The notes beneath the pieces were generated by a model that saw only the letters and a program-made list of their open reading frames with translations, was not told the DNA's origin and searched no databases. A program made the translations under genes and the position numbers. Positions 17,640 through 27,879 of a DNA stretch of 61,530 nucleotides are shown here, piece after piece. Source of the stretch: a virus; UHGV virus genome UHGV-2167453. One strand, written 5' to 3'. How positions within the stretch are numbered: position 1 is the first letter of the stretch; each line of letters starts with the position of its first letter.

Positions 17640-19869
17640 TTACAGTTCCGTCATAGGTAAGCGACACGCTTTCCGCTACCGTCTTAACCATTTTACCGTC
17701 ACGATTTTCTTGATAGATTGTATCTCCGGCATCCAGTGCCGGTTCTCCACGGTAATCGATAGAGTAATCAATTCCTGGATTGTAATAATCAGCTACCCAT
17801 TTGCAGACTTTATCGCAGAGTTCCTTATCCGAAATCAGCGGATTTCTCCAATCTTTTTCAACACCGTAATTGCTGATTTCCGCAACGGAATAAGTGTTTG
17901 ACTGATTGAATTTTTTACCGTTAACGATGACTTGAACCTTCTTTCCCCTGTCATTTCCGCTAAGTTTAAGTTCAACAAAGTACGCTCCACTGTCTGAAAT
18001 CCGAACGCTTTGACCATCCTCCTGATTCTCAAGAGAAGCTGTATAAGAATGATGTGGTTCGTCAAACGTATATAGCAAAGTTTCATTCGTCCACTCAACC
18101 TCTTCGCTTACTACTTCTTCAATCGTATCGGATTTTGAATAGACAGTTCTGATATTCTTTAACCGCTTGATATTCTCCGGCTTACTCATAGTCGGACTGG
18201 AATACATATCATCTCTTTCGATTGTGTAATCGATGTTTTCACCAAGCTCAATATAATCAACCACAAGCCTTGTATTTACATTGATTCTTCCAAACTCAAT
18301 AACCATCTTGTCGAATTCTTTAAATTGGTGATCTGTAGTCCATGTTTTCACATCAGCATAGTTGATTTTTCCATCAGAAATTCCGATAGATTCAACAATC
18401 TGGTCTTTCAGATAAGTGTTAATGCTCATCGTGTTTGGGAACAAATGATACACTTTCACTTTCATTCCATTGCTTTTTCTAGGAACATCAAACGTCTTTA
18501 CAATCTGCGGAGGTGTAGAAAACGTTCCACCTTTAGAAGCAATATCTTTTGTAACAAATCCGACGTCATCTTTAACACCAGTCCTCGGAAGAAACGGCGG
18601 TCTGCTGCCGAGCTTCCACATTGAATCTTCATATGTCGCATAACGCGTCTTTTCATTGTCAATATTCACATTGGAAACATCAGAGAAATATGCAGTATCA
18701 GTAGAAGTTGTCTCTGCATCCGGGTCAAATGCTGACTTGATACAGATTTTTCCATATCTGTCCACAGTCAAAATGCATCTTCCGGCATTAGCAATAATTT
18801 GCAATGCTTCTTTGTGCGACACTAATGGAATAGGGTTTCTGGCCTCTACGGACTGCAAATACGTGTCAATAAAAAACTTATCTTGAGGAATCGAATAAGT
18901 ACCGATTGCATCAGCAATTACACGATTTGCTAAAACATACAGCGTAATGCCATTTGCGTGCCAATCACCACGATAATAGTTACCTTCTCCAAACTGCTGA
19001 AGAACATCTACAGCCGTTATACTTGCTTCATCGTCATTTGCAGACCATTCACTCAGTTTCAATGTATGCAACAAAATCCACTCTGTTGTTCCATCGTCAA
19101 GGTCATATCCCATCTGAACAAATATATTTTGTCCTGTTCTCAGATAATTGATGATTGACTCCTTGTTGTCGTAATCAAACCTCTTATCATTATTATCAAT
19201 AGTCAAAGTAAAATTAATCTCCGGCAAATCCTCGTTGATCTGTGATACCGTAGAAGTTGATTCTGCGTTGATTATGTCATTATCTGTAAAAACTATCGCA
19301 TTGCCAAATAAAATCCTTTCAATACGCACACGATTGTTTGTAGCGGACATTGCAGTGACTTTTATCTCAAGAGAAGTTGTGTTATCAAATCTATCATCTG
19401 TCGTAAAGTTCAAACTGCTGTTTGAATAGCTCTTTGATGTTCCGTCAGATGTGATTATGCTGAATTTGCTAGGATAATTCCCGGCAAACTTTATAGTTAA
19501 TCCGGCAATGTCAACATTCTCTTGAAATGTAATTTTCACCGAGAAACTGCTTGAAAACAGATTATCCGATACGATTCCAACAGGTTCATACTGAGATGCT
19601 GCATCCGGAAGAAATCTCATAGAACCATCAAGCATCCAAAAGTTATTCTCATAGGTTGCATACTGGCTTTGAACTTCTTTCTGTTCAAATACTCCATCAA
19701 AATCAGAAAATCCGGCATACTGGCTTTGATTACTCAGCAATGCCTGACTCTGTGCTGTATCATTTATAACGCCGAGTGTTACTTTCATGTAAGAAGCATT
19801 TCTCAGCTGATTTTTCATCGATTCTCTATATGCATCTGATACTTCGTACATCCTACCACCCCGTATCAA
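17614..19869 (-). CDS. Large tail protein (751 aa), candidate tail-associated/baseplate protein
   Basis: Position downstream of tape measure; no motif recognised. Confidence 0.4.
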   Translation of the reverse strand: MIRGGRMYEVSDAYRESMKNQLRNASYMKVTLGVINDTAQSQALLSNQSQYAGFSDFDGVFEQKEVQSQYATYENNFWMLDGSMRFLPDAASQYEPVGIVSDNLFSSSFSVKITFQENVDIAGLTIKFAGNYPSKFSIITSDGTSKSYSNSSLNFTTDDRFDNTTSLEIKVTAMSATNNRVRIERILFGNAIVFTDNDIINAESTSTVSQINEDLPEINFTLTIDNNDKRFDYDNKESIINYLRTGQNIFVQMGYDLDDGTTEWILLHTLKLSEWSANDDEASITAVDVLQQFGEGNYYRGDWHANGITLYVLANRVIADAIGTYSIPQDKFFIDTYLQSVEARNPIPLVSHKEALQIIANAGRCILTVDRYGKICIKSAFDPDAETTSTDTAYFSDVSNVNIDNEKTRYATYEDSMWKLGSRPPFLPRTGVKDDVGFVTKDIASKGGTFSTPPQIVKTFDVPRKSNGMKVKVYHLFPNTMSINTYLKDQIVESIGISDGKINYADVKTWTTDHQFKEFDKMVIEFGRINVNTRLVVDYIELGENIDYTIERDDMYSSPTMSKPENIKRLKNIRTVYSKSDTIEEVVSEEVEWTNETLLYTFDEPHHSYTASLENQEDGQSVRISDSGAYFVELKLSGNDRGKKVQVIVNGKKFNQSNTYSVAEISNYGVEKDWRNPLISDKELCDKVCKWVADYYNPGIDYSIDYRGEPALDAGDTIYQENRDGKMVKTVAESVSLTYDGTVSGTLETRR

Positions 19870-20242
19870 TCAGATTCATTTTACAGTTAATATAAGCAAG
19901 AGGACGGCCGGATGAATCAATCTTGAAAACATCTGCCGTCCTATCTCCGCAATACATTGTTAATGTACGCCACTTATTATTTACCATATCCCAAAACCGA
20001 ACACTACTAAAGAAATTCTTATCAAACTCTTGTAGCATTGTTGACCAAGTTTCTGCATCCAAATATAGCCACTCCAATGAATCTATCTTATAGTTATCAC
20101 GACCAATTTTCTGCCCAACCACTTTATTCGCTGCATTTCTCGCAGCATTTGTAGCTGTAGTGACTTGAAAATTCGGATAATATTTCGGTGCCGGATATTG
20201 ATGACCATTTACAATGATGAAATCACTCAATTTAATTGACAT
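19853..20242 (-). CDS. Hypothetical tail protein (129 aa) immediately after tape measure
   Basis: Position only. Confidence 0.35.
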   Translation of the reverse strand: MSIKLSDFIIVNGHQYPAPKYYPNFQVTTATNAARNAANKVVGQKIGRDNYKIDSLEWLYLDAETWSTMLQEFDKNFFSSVRFWDMVNNKWRTLTMYCGDRTADVFKIDSSGRPLAYINCKMNLIDTGW

Positions 20243-20255
20243 ATCCTAGCACCTC

Positions 20256-23200
20256 CTATGTTGTACTGAAACTGTATCCAGAGTTTCTACTTCCCCTTGA
20301 CAGTTCCTTATTTACTTTCTTGCTGTTCATCATCAGTGATGTATTCTTTCTAAGAAGTCTCTCATTCTGCTCGATAAGCTTCTGCAAGAGTCTTTCTGTA
20401 TTTTTGTTCGCTTCTGCAACTCCGTTGGATACTCCGGTCACAATCTGATTGTTATTGGCAACCACATTTCTATTTCCCATTCTTCCAACGTATTCCGGTG
20501 CTTTCTCATTCGCCACAAACAGCTCGCCATTATGAGGAAATCCACCTACAGAATATTTCCCGACCACATCAGACAGCTTGAATGTACCGATACCGTTTGC
20601 GTATCCTTTGTATCCACGTGCAGTCCATCCAGCATACAGACTTCCGTATCTTTTGACTGTGTAATTGATAGCGGCGATCATGTTTGACAGTGGATCGTAT
20701 ATGTTTGTGTTGAATCCAGCCATCGCATTTGCACGGAATGTCGGGTCAATTACCTGCATCAGTCCTTTTGACGGAATACCTCTGATTGCGTTGATATCCC
20801 AATTGTTGATAGCGTTCGGATTTCCACCTGACTCATGCATCATCTGAGTTAACAAGGCATTCAGATTGGATTCGCTGAACTGATTTGTCAGTAAAAGAGC
20901 TTGTTTCGCAAGTCCTCTCCACTGCTCCACTCCGGCAGATGGTTTGTAATCAATAGCACCGAAACTGTCAAAGAATCCTTTGATTTTAGAAACTGCTGTT
21001 TCAAACAGTGAATTAACTGCCGTCTTCGCAATTGTGATTCCAGGCTCAAGTGCTCCTGTCAAATCTGTGAATTTATCAATTGCCGCTTTAAGAAGCTTCT
21101 TCGGGTCTTTGATGTAACTGAAAATGTTACTTGCAATATCGCTGATTTTGTCTGCTGTACTTCCAAAGAAATTACCGATTCCAGATTTATACTTCTTCAC
21201 GCCAGTAATTCCCATCAATGCTGCTGTTTGACCAGCTGGCATCACCTTTGTACCTTTTGGCATCGGCAGAACGACATTTCTTCCTGTTGGAATTACTGTT
21301 TGTCCGTTCGGATACTGGACAAGCTCTCTGTAGGTATTTCCCGACTGGTCATTGACAACACCAAAGGAATCTCTCGCGACTCCGTTTGTACCGCTTGCGT
21401 ATTTATCAAGTCCAGAGACGTTAATCAGATCGCCGTCTCCACCTAATTTTCCGTAAACCCAGTTCACAGCCTTAGCGATTGCTTTTACTGCGCCTAAAAC
21501 AGGTGATTTTATCCAACTTGCTACAGTATTGAAGTACCCACCAATCTTGTCAAAAATTGAAGTAATTCCGTTATAGGCAGACTTAAAAATATCCTTGAAC
21601 CACTGAGCAATCGACTCCATATTTGACTTGATATCCTCACGTTTTTTACCAAACCAAGAACCGATGTTTGAAAATGCATTCGTTACACCGTCTCTAGCAG
21701 CTTGAAATTTTTTCGAAAACCACTGCACAATTGGTGAGAAAATTGTTGTAATTGCCATAAAAAGCAATTTGAATAAAGATGAAATATATTGCTTAAATCC
21801 AAGAGCAATATCTTCTACTCCTTTCCAAGCTTTTCCCCAATCACCAGTAAACACACCTGTCACAAACGTAACCAAGCCTTGGATTATCTTTATCGCCCCA
21901 CTCACCATTCCAGTAATAGTAGAAACAACTTGTGCTATCTTGCTGATTATTATGGAAAGCACTTCTCCGATTTCTTTTACTGCGGCAATCATTGTTGATT
22001 CGAACAGCTCTTTCGCTCCACTTGATTCATATAAATCGTAAATAGAATTAAACAGTTCTTTTAGGTTCTCCCAAAGTGGTTTAAATCCGTTGTCCCAAAT
22101 TTCTTTTTTAGCAAAAGAAAATGCATCTCCAATTTCCCCAACAGCATTTTTTACAGCATCTCTGAATCCCTCAGAAGTATTCCACAAGTCCATGAGTTCA
22201 GCAGCTAAAATTGTAATTCCGGCAACAATCAATAAAGTTGTTGGAGATAATGTAATAAGAGATTTAAAGTTTAGCTTTCCTGCAACTTCCTTTATTTTAT
22301 TGAATTTTTCTGCCATTCCATCTAATTTTGGAAGGATTTCAGCTATTTTCTTTGTGATTTCACCTGTTGCTCCGATTCCAATAACCGATGCAAGTATTCC
22401 TGTATTTTCACCACCGTCAGAAGCAAACTTGAAAGCATTCTTTATTCCTTCAATAATCTGTGATCCAAGCTCTTTCCAATTGGCATTCTGAATAAATGTT
22501 TTAATTGACTCTATTACAAGAGCAACCATTCTTCCGATGGATTCTCCGATTGTTCCAAGATTGATTGATTCCAGTGCGCCGTTAAAAGCATTAGCCAGCG
22601 CCATTCCAATGTCTTCACCTTTAAGTTCTCTCAGTACACCGACAAGAGTGTTCCAAGAAATCATAAAATAAGCTCCGAGAGTGTATCCTATCGTTCCCCA
22701 GTCAATGTTTTGAATCCCTGTGGAAATAGCTGTTCCGATTCCTGTTCCAAGATTCGTCCAGTTAAACCCGGTAATCAAAAGCTGTGCAGTATTGAAGACC
22801 GTATTCACTCCGGCAGCAACAGTAGCTCCCATTAACGGCCATTCAATATTGTCAACAAGGCTATTCATTGTTGTGGTAAAAGCATTGCAGAAATAAGTTA
22901 TCTTTTCCCCATGCTTATTCCAGTCAAATATGTCATACAATTTCTGCATTCCGGCATTTACGCCCTCTGCCATAATTGAGCCTAGAGAAGTCCAATCTTG
23001 AGCCTTGAACGCTTCTCTGATCCGTTTAGCATAATCAGAAATAGCTTTAGTAGGTTCAGTTGTCTCAAACATTTCAGAAACATCTGGTCCCGTATAAGCA
23101 CCGGAACTTCCGTCAGAGCCACCACTTGAACTTGAGCTTGATGTTGTCGGCTGGATCACATTTAGTTCATCAATTCCAAGAGTATAGTTCTCAAGGTCTT

Positions 23201-24338
23201 TTGCTGCTTTTGCCGCATCACTTCCAGCTTTTTTAGCACTACTTCCAGTGGATGTGAGTGTTTTTCCGTAGTCTTTCCATGCTTTTTTTGCTTGCACCAC
23301 TGCTGTTTTTCCAGTCAATACAGCCATGAACTGCGCGACCTTATTCATTGCATTGGCGAGCATATCAATAAATGCTGAAATATACGGTCCGACTACATTG
23401 ATAATCGGAGCAAAAGCCGCTGCCCATGCATTCTTCAAATACAGAAGAGATGTGACAATACCTGAAATGCTCTTATTGTAATCAGAACTGTATTGAACAA
23501 GGTTGTTTGAACCTTCCTTAATAGCATTATTTATTGCGCTCAGCGCTGAAAATACAGTGGAAAATACAAGTGACATTCCTAGCATTCTTCCCATTGACAT
23601 TTGACCACCGGATTTATTTGTTTTGGTAATCAAATTCTTAAGATCTTTTGCTTTAGAAACCACGCCACCAACTGTTTTTCCCATCTTTCCAAACGTACTT
23701 GAAAGAGATTTTGAAACTTTCTGAGTGCCGGAAAGAATCTTTGAAAGATTAGACGCTTCTTTTGTCTCTTCTTCAGCAATTCCTTTGTCTTTATCTGGGA
23801 CGATGCTCGAAAATCTTTGTCTCGTTTCAGCTCCGCTCAATACGGATTTACCATCAGATGCACCAAGTTGTCCGCTTGCCTTTTTGATGGTCTGAGCACT
23901 TGCTTTTAAACCGGAAGTTTTCTTTTTCAGTTCTTCGCAAGCCTTTTTCGCAGAATTAACCTCAGAAGAATCAACGGAAATTTTTATGCTTTTGGATGCT
24001 TCTGCAACTTTTTGAGAAAGGTCTGTCACTTTCTCTGCTGCTTTTTCTACATCTCCAAGCTTGTTTACGCTGATTTTAATTTGCCGTCCATTGATTTTTG
24101 CCATATCTTTGGACATTGTTTTAATAGCGTTTTTTAAATCTTTTACATTCTTAAAATCAAGTCGAGAAATGCTATTGAGATTTCCAGTAAGTGCCTTTAT
24201 TGTTGGTTGATAAGAGCAAACAGATTGAAGCTGTTGCGATACAGTACCTAATCTCTTTGCCAAATTAGTTAAACTAGCATTTGCTGACTTAGCCGACGCT
24301 TCAACTTTTACCTCAAGAGAGTCAACCTCTGTTCCCAT
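20256..24338 (-). CDS. Tail tape measure protein with C-terminal lytic transglycosylase (SLT) domain
   Basis: 1360 aa, coiled-coil/Gly-rich repeats; C-terminal ...MMHESGGNPNAINNWDINAIRGIPSKGLMQVIDPTF... SLT signature. Confidence 0.85.
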   Translation of the reverse strand: MGTEVDSLEVKVEASAKSANASLTNLAKRLGTVSQQLQSVCSYQPTIKALTGNLNSISRLDFKNVKDLKNAIKTMSKDMAKINGRQIKISVNKLGDVEKAAEKVTDLSQKVAEASKSIKISVDSSEVNSAKKACEELKKKTSGLKASAQTIKKASGQLGASDGKSVLSGAETRQRFSSIVPDKDKGIAEEETKEASNLSKILSGTQKVSKSLSSTFGKMGKTVGGVVSKAKDLKNLITKTNKSGGQMSMGRMLGMSLVFSTVFSALSAINNAIKEGSNNLVQYSSDYNKSISGIVTSLLYLKNAWAAAFAPIINVVGPYISAFIDMLANAMNKVAQFMAVLTGKTAVVQAKKAWKDYGKTLTSTGSSAKKAGSDAAKAAKDLENYTLGIDELNVIQPTTSSSSSSGGSDGSSGAYTGPDVSEMFETTEPTKAISDYAKRIREAFKAQDWTSLGSIMAEGVNAGMQKLYDIFDWNKHGEKITYFCNAFTTTMNSLVDNIEWPLMGATVAAGVNTVFNTAQLLITGFNWTNLGTGIGTAISTGIQNIDWGTIGYTLGAYFMISWNTLVGVLRELKGEDIGMALANAFNGALESINLGTIGESIGRMVALVIESIKTFIQNANWKELGSQIIEGIKNAFKFASDGGENTGILASVIGIGATGEITKKIAEILPKLDGMAEKFNKIKEVAGKLNFKSLITLSPTTLLIVAGITILAAELMDLWNTSEGFRDAVKNAVGEIGDAFSFAKKEIWDNGFKPLWENLKELFNSIYDLYESSGAKELFESTMIAAVKEIGEVLSIIISKIAQVVSTITGMVSGAIKIIQGLVTFVTGVFTGDWGKAWKGVEDIALGFKQYISSLFKLLFMAITTIFSPIVQWFSKKFQAARDGVTNAFSNIGSWFGKKREDIKSNMESIAQWFKDIFKSAYNGITSIFDKIGGYFNTVASWIKSPVLGAVKAIAKAVNWVYGKLGGDGDLINVSGLDKYASGTNGVARDSFGVVNDQSGNTYRELVQYPNGQTVIPTGRNVVLPMPKGTKVMPAGQTAALMGITGVKKYKSGIGNFFGSTADKISDIASNIFSYIKDPKKLLKAAIDKFTDLTGALEPGITIAKTAVNSLFETAVSKIKGFFDSFGAIDYKPSAGVEQWRGLAKQALLLTNQFSESNLNALLTQMMHESGGNPNAINNWDINAIRGIPSKGLMQVIDPTFRANAMAGFNTNIYDPLSNMIAAINYTVKRYGSLYAGWTARGYKGYANGIGTFKLSDVVGKYSVGGFPHNGELFVANEKAPEYVGRMGNRNVVANNNQIVTGVSNGVAEANKNTERLLQKLIEQNERLLRKNTSLMMNSKKVNKELSRGSRNSGYSFSTT

Positions 24339-24383
24339 GTTTTCACCACCTTTTTACAAAAAATAAAGGATGGTGAACCCATC

Positions 24384-24701
24384 CTAATTCATCGATGTCT
24401 CCGGCAATCCTCTTGCCCTGTCTGCTGCAATCCAAGCATCCATTTTTCTGATTTCCTCTTCCATCTCACGAAGTTCACGTTCTTCATCAGTCATTCGCGA
24501 TTCTTCAATTAATGTTTTCAGAATCGGTTTCTTCAGATACTTTTCTTCTTTGACAAAGCACGTATTGATTGCACTGATAAGATATTGTCCTGACATCCAA
24601 TTCATATAATCAATATCAAGGAGTTGCTCTTCGTATCCGGCAGATACCGCTTTCAGGATTCTAGGATTCATGCTCCAAAATTCTGTCCAGCCAACTCCCA
24701 T
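24384..24701 (-). CDS. Tail assembly chaperone, T portion (expressed as G-T fusion via -1 frameshift)
   Basis: -1 frame is open from slippery run to this ORF with no stop (verified codon by codon). Confidence 0.55.
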   Translation of the reverse strand: MGVGWTEFWSMNPRILKAVSAGYEEQLLDIDYMNWMSGQYLISAINTCFVKEEKYLKKPILKTLIEESRMTDEERELREMEEEIRKMDAWIAADRARGLPETSMN

Positions 24702-24760
24702 TTTTTTTGCTTGTGGATACCATTCACAGGTGAAAAACTCACGCTGAGAACGATACGATC

Positions 24761-25114
24761 TTACTTCGCTGCTGCTGTTTTTCTGCCGCCAGTGTTCTTC
24801 TTCTCCTGATTCTTTGTAGCTTCCGCTTCCGCTCTCTTGTTGAGGTTGCGAAAAAAATCAGACTGTTCCATTTCTTCTTGCATTACTTTGGTTGCATCAT
24901 CCATTGTGCCACCATTCAGAATATGCTCTTGAATCTCAAGTCCGGCATCTGCACGTCTTTTTCCCATGCACAGCGCAATATATCCTCTAACCATGCTCAT
25001 CGGTTTCTCTTCCATGGATTCAACTGATACGCCCATGTCCTCAAGGTCGCAAACAAGGTTAAAGTCAAAAGGTTTCCCTGAATATTCTTTTCCATTAATT
25101 TCAAATGTTTTCAT
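24761..25114 (-). CDS. Tail assembly chaperone, G-like
   Basis: 117 aa between major tail and tape measure genes. Confidence 0.55.
   Translation of the reverse strand: MKTFEINGKEYSGKPFDFNLVCDLEDMGVSVESMEEKPMSMVRGYIALCMGKRRADAGLEIQEHILNGGTMDDATKVMQEEMEQSDFFRNLNKRAEAEATKNQEKKNTGGRKTAAAK
24851..24857 (-). other. Slippery heptamer T TTT TTT (plus-strand aaaaaaa) for programmed -1 ribosomal frameshift
   Basis: In-frame gat ttt ttt in G gene; -1 shift reads tcg caa ... continuously into ATG GGA GTT of 24701 ORF. Confidence 0.55.
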
Positions 25115-25139
25115 GTCTTTGTATTCCTTCCCGTAATTT

Positions 25140-25168
25140 TATATGGGAAGGGCGCCACTAAGAGCGCC
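25140..25168. terminator. GC-rich hairpin (ggaagggcgc...gcgcccgttcc) downstream of major tail protein gene
   Basis: ~10-bp stem; weak U-run on minus strand. Confidence 0.45.
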
Positions 25169-25250
25169 CGTTCCTGTTGTTATTCTGTAATGTCAGCGTA
25201 ATCAAATTTTACGTTCCGAGTATTCGCTGACCTGTCTTGCTCGGAACGTG

Positions 25251-25745
25251 CTACCCCTTTGTTACTGTAAATGTGCCGTTTCCAGCGTCAACGATTGTAT
25301 ACTCGTCTGTCACTTTCTTTGCGACAGTGTTCTGAATGATGGTTGCTGTCATCTCACAGATTTCATCGACACCACCAACGTCTGACGGAGTAGCTGATAC
25401 CTGTGCAACGTATGCATATTTTGCAACGCCTCCGATGCCGTCTGTTCCATATAACTGGAAGATAGCTACTCTTTTCTTCTCAAGTTTGTCAATATTGTCC
25501 AGGTACTCTTTTTCAAGGTTTCCTATTACCTCTTTTGCATCAGACTGTTTAATACCCATCTCAAATGTCTGTGCATCATCTTCCATAGTTGTTGATTCAA
25601 CTGTGTTTGGTGCAGACACCGGAGCAGGCATTGATTTTGCTTTCAGAAGCAGTTTGTAACTTCCGGCAAAATCAACAGTTGACAAATCCGCACCATCGTC
25701 TAATTCTTTGTAAATAGCTCTTACTTTATAACTGGTTGAAGCCAT
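25251..25745 (-). CDS. Major tail protein (siphovirus-type) candidate
   Basis: 164 aa, position upstream of chaperones, followed by strong hairpin. Confidence 0.5.
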   Translation of the reverse strand: MASTSYKVRAIYKELDDGADLSTVDFAGSYKLLLKAKSMPAPVSAPNTVESTTMEDDAQTFEMGIKQSDAKEVIGNLEKEYLDNIDKLEKKRVAIFQLYGTDGIGGVAKYAYVAQVSATPSDVGGVDEICEMTATIIQNTVAKKVTDEYTIVDAGNGTFTVTKG

Positions 25746-25794
25746 TTCTTACCTCCATTTCTGCCGTTTAGGCAATAAAAAAGATCCTTTCGGA

Positions 25795-26214
25795 TCAGTG
25801 TAACGCATCTATGTTTCCGAGAGTTCGCCTGACTCGCATTACACATCGGTAATATTCGTCTCCGTCACTCTCTCCGGGAAATGAATTGATTTCAAAACCC
25901 ATATTTTTGTATACCAAGGCAACCTCTTTCAAAACCGCCTTAGCTTCTTTAGCACTTTTATCTGTACTTACTTCCACTTGCATAGAATACAAGATTCCGC
26001 TGATATCTTCACCGTCCAAAGTGCGTGCTTTTTCTGCACCAGGCAATTCACGAATGTAAACTGTTGGATATTTTACGGTCACGCCTTTAGGTTTTGAAGT
26101 AGTCGTGAAACGAATGTTCGGATACTTACTTTTCAGCTTATCTCCTACTTTCTTCTGAACAATAGAGAAGATGTGTGTCTCTAAGTCGAAAACCCATGAA
26201 TTATCCACTTCCAA
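25795..26214 (-). CDS. Hypothetical head-tail joining/tail completion protein
   Basis: 139-aa ORF in structural operon. Confidence 0.3.
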   Translation of the reverse strand: MEVDNSWVFDLETHIFSIVQKKVGDKLKSKYPNIRFTTTSKPKGVTVKYPTVYIRELPGAEKARTLDGEDISGILYSMQVEVSTDKSAKEAKAVLKEVALVYKNMGFEINSFPGESDGDEYYRCVMRVRRTLGNIDALH

Positions 26215-26740
26215 ACACCTCCCTCGCTACTTCTGAAACGGATTTAATCATCTCAAGGCTTGCATTGTACATCGGCATAGTTGCTTTGATACCGTAGGAA
26301 TGATGCCATTTTCCATCATCACCAAAGTAGTACCAACCGTTCGGATCATCCGCATGAGTCTGTCCCGGATAACTGCCAACACCGAATCCAAGCTCTCCGG
26401 CTTTTGGGTTTGGGATGCTGTTGTAACGAACACCGGCTCCGAATTCCATAGCGAACAGAAGATTGAACGGTTCTCTTCCCTCTGGATACTTTACTTCACC
26501 AGTGGCAATCAGTACCGCTTTGCATCCCATCTCTTCTTCTGTCTTATCACTTTTCAGAGTCACTGTTTTTCCGAGCGGAGATTCTGTCAGCTTTTCAACT
26601 GCGACAGTCTGTCCTCTCTCAATCAATTTTTCACAGAACAAGCTTAACTTTGAATCAAGCGATTTCTGGTAAGCTTCAATCTGTTTGATTGCTTCATCAA
26701 TGCTCTTTTGTGATAATCCGAAACTGATTTTTGTGCTCAT
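26201..26740 (-). CDS. Hypothetical structural protein
   Basis: 179-aa ORF. Confidence 0.3.
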   Translation of the reverse strand: MSTKISFGLSQKSIDEAIKQIEAYQKSLDSKLSLFCEKLIERGQTVAVEKLTESPLGKTVTLKSDKTEEEMGCKAVLIATGEVKYPEGREPFNLLFAMEFGAGVRYNSIPNPKAGELGFGVGSYPGQTHADDPNGWYYFGDDGKWHHSYGIKATMPMYNASLEMIKSVSEVAREVFGSG

Positions 26741-26742
26741 TC

Positions 26743-27189
26743 TTATCCCTCTTTAATCAATCGTTGAAGCAAGAATGTATCTTCGTGCATAGCTTCATCG
26801 TTGACATCCTTAACAACGTAATCTGCTGAGTTTTCATCCACGTTTGACATATTTATCGTGTCTTTGTATTTAATGGCTGAATTACGCCAAATACGCGCTC
26901 CTTTTGCCAATGGAAGAGTTCCTTTTGCACAGACAATCGTTGCCTTGTCAGAGGAATCATCAATGCCAAACGCCCGAATAAATGTATCGGTCAATGTAGA
27001 ATTGATATTCGCTCTGAATAACTTAGGTTCCGTGTAGTGTGGTTCAGTCTCTCCTGACTCAACAGGAATTTGTTCTCCATCTACTTCGATATATTTCACA
27101 TTTCCATCATCATCAGTCATATATACCGGAGACGTACCATCTTGCAAGGAGTAGTACATTTTCTGCTTATTTCTGTTCAGTGTCCTCAC
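26743..27189 (-). CDS. Hypothetical structural protein
   Basis: 148-aa ORF. Confidence 0.3.
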   Translation of the reverse strand: MRTLNRNKQKMYYSLQDGTSPVYMTDDDGNVKYIEVDGEQIPVESGETEPHYTEPKLFRANINSTLTDTFIRAFGIDDSSDKATIVCAKGTLPLAKGARIWRNSAIKYKDTINMSNVDENSADYVVKDVNDEAMHEDTFLLQRLIKEG

Positions 27190-27463
27190 TTACGGTCACC
27201 TTCTTTACTTGCTTCTGAATCTGATTTACACCAGTACTTGCAAGTCCGGATACAATTCCTACTGCAATTGCATCAAGAACGTCTGTTGCTGGAAAGTTAG
27301 GAATTACATACATTCCAACAACTCCGAGAATTCCTCCGGCCACACCAACAATCACAGGGATATAATTATCTTTTACTTTCGGACACAGCTTCGCTCCTAG
27401 TCCAACAAGATAAGTAATAACCACGATTGCCAATACGGTTTCCATTGAAAAAATATCCATCAT
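27167..27463 (-). CDS. Holin-like protein, copy 2 (paralog of 11175..11468) embedded in structural module
   Basis: ...KDNYIPVIVGVAGGILGVVGMYVI... vs copy 1 ...ADKYIPTILGIAGIVICGIYVI... Confidence 0.6.
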   Translation of the reverse strand: MMDIFSMETVLAIVVITYLVGLGAKLCPKVKDNYIPVIVGVAGGILGVVGMYVIPNFPATDVLDAIAVGIVSGLASTGVNQIQKQVKKVTVSEDTEQK

Positions 27464-27774
27464 TCTTCACCACCATTCATTCTGTTTTCCAGTGTATCAA
27501 TTCTGTGATGTGCACTCTTTACACTGTCTTCCAGTTTGATTATTCTTCCATTGTGAGAATCAAGCTTATCTTTCATCTGAGAAATCTCACTTTTGATGTC
27601 CTCACTCAAAGAAGAAATGTTATCAAGTTTCATATTGATTTTTGTGTTCTGCCTAACTCTTTCTTCGATATCTTTCGTGTCCGAACGTTTATTGTTCTTC
27701 AAACCGAAGAAAATGGAAAAAGCAACTGACACCACACTTATAATGATTGCTGTCGATATTTCAATAGTCATCAA
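27460..27774 (-). CDS. Membrane protein: N-terminal TM, LKNNKRSD basic patch, C-terminal coiled coil
   Basis: 104 aa; architecture mirrors 11471..11785. Confidence 0.45.
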   Translation of the reverse strand: MMTIEISTAIIISVVSVAFSIFFGLKNNKRSDTKDIEERVRQNTKINMKLDNISSLSEDIKSEISQMKDKLDSHNGRIIKLEDSVKSAHHRIDTLENRMNGGEE

Positions 27775-27879
27775 TCATTTACCTGCCTTTTTCTTATTTC
27801 CATTAGCTGCCCACCACCAAATTAGCTAATACCCTGCGACCATATTGCTGACATCAGCAAAATGTTCACGCACAATCTT

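Noticed and set aside
21228-22491. Several plus-strand ORFs (21228-21446, 21769-22041, 22090-22491) antisense to the tape measure gene
   Set aside because: They lie entirely inside a 1360-aa minus-strand CDS with clear domain content, and are low-complexity antisense artefacts.
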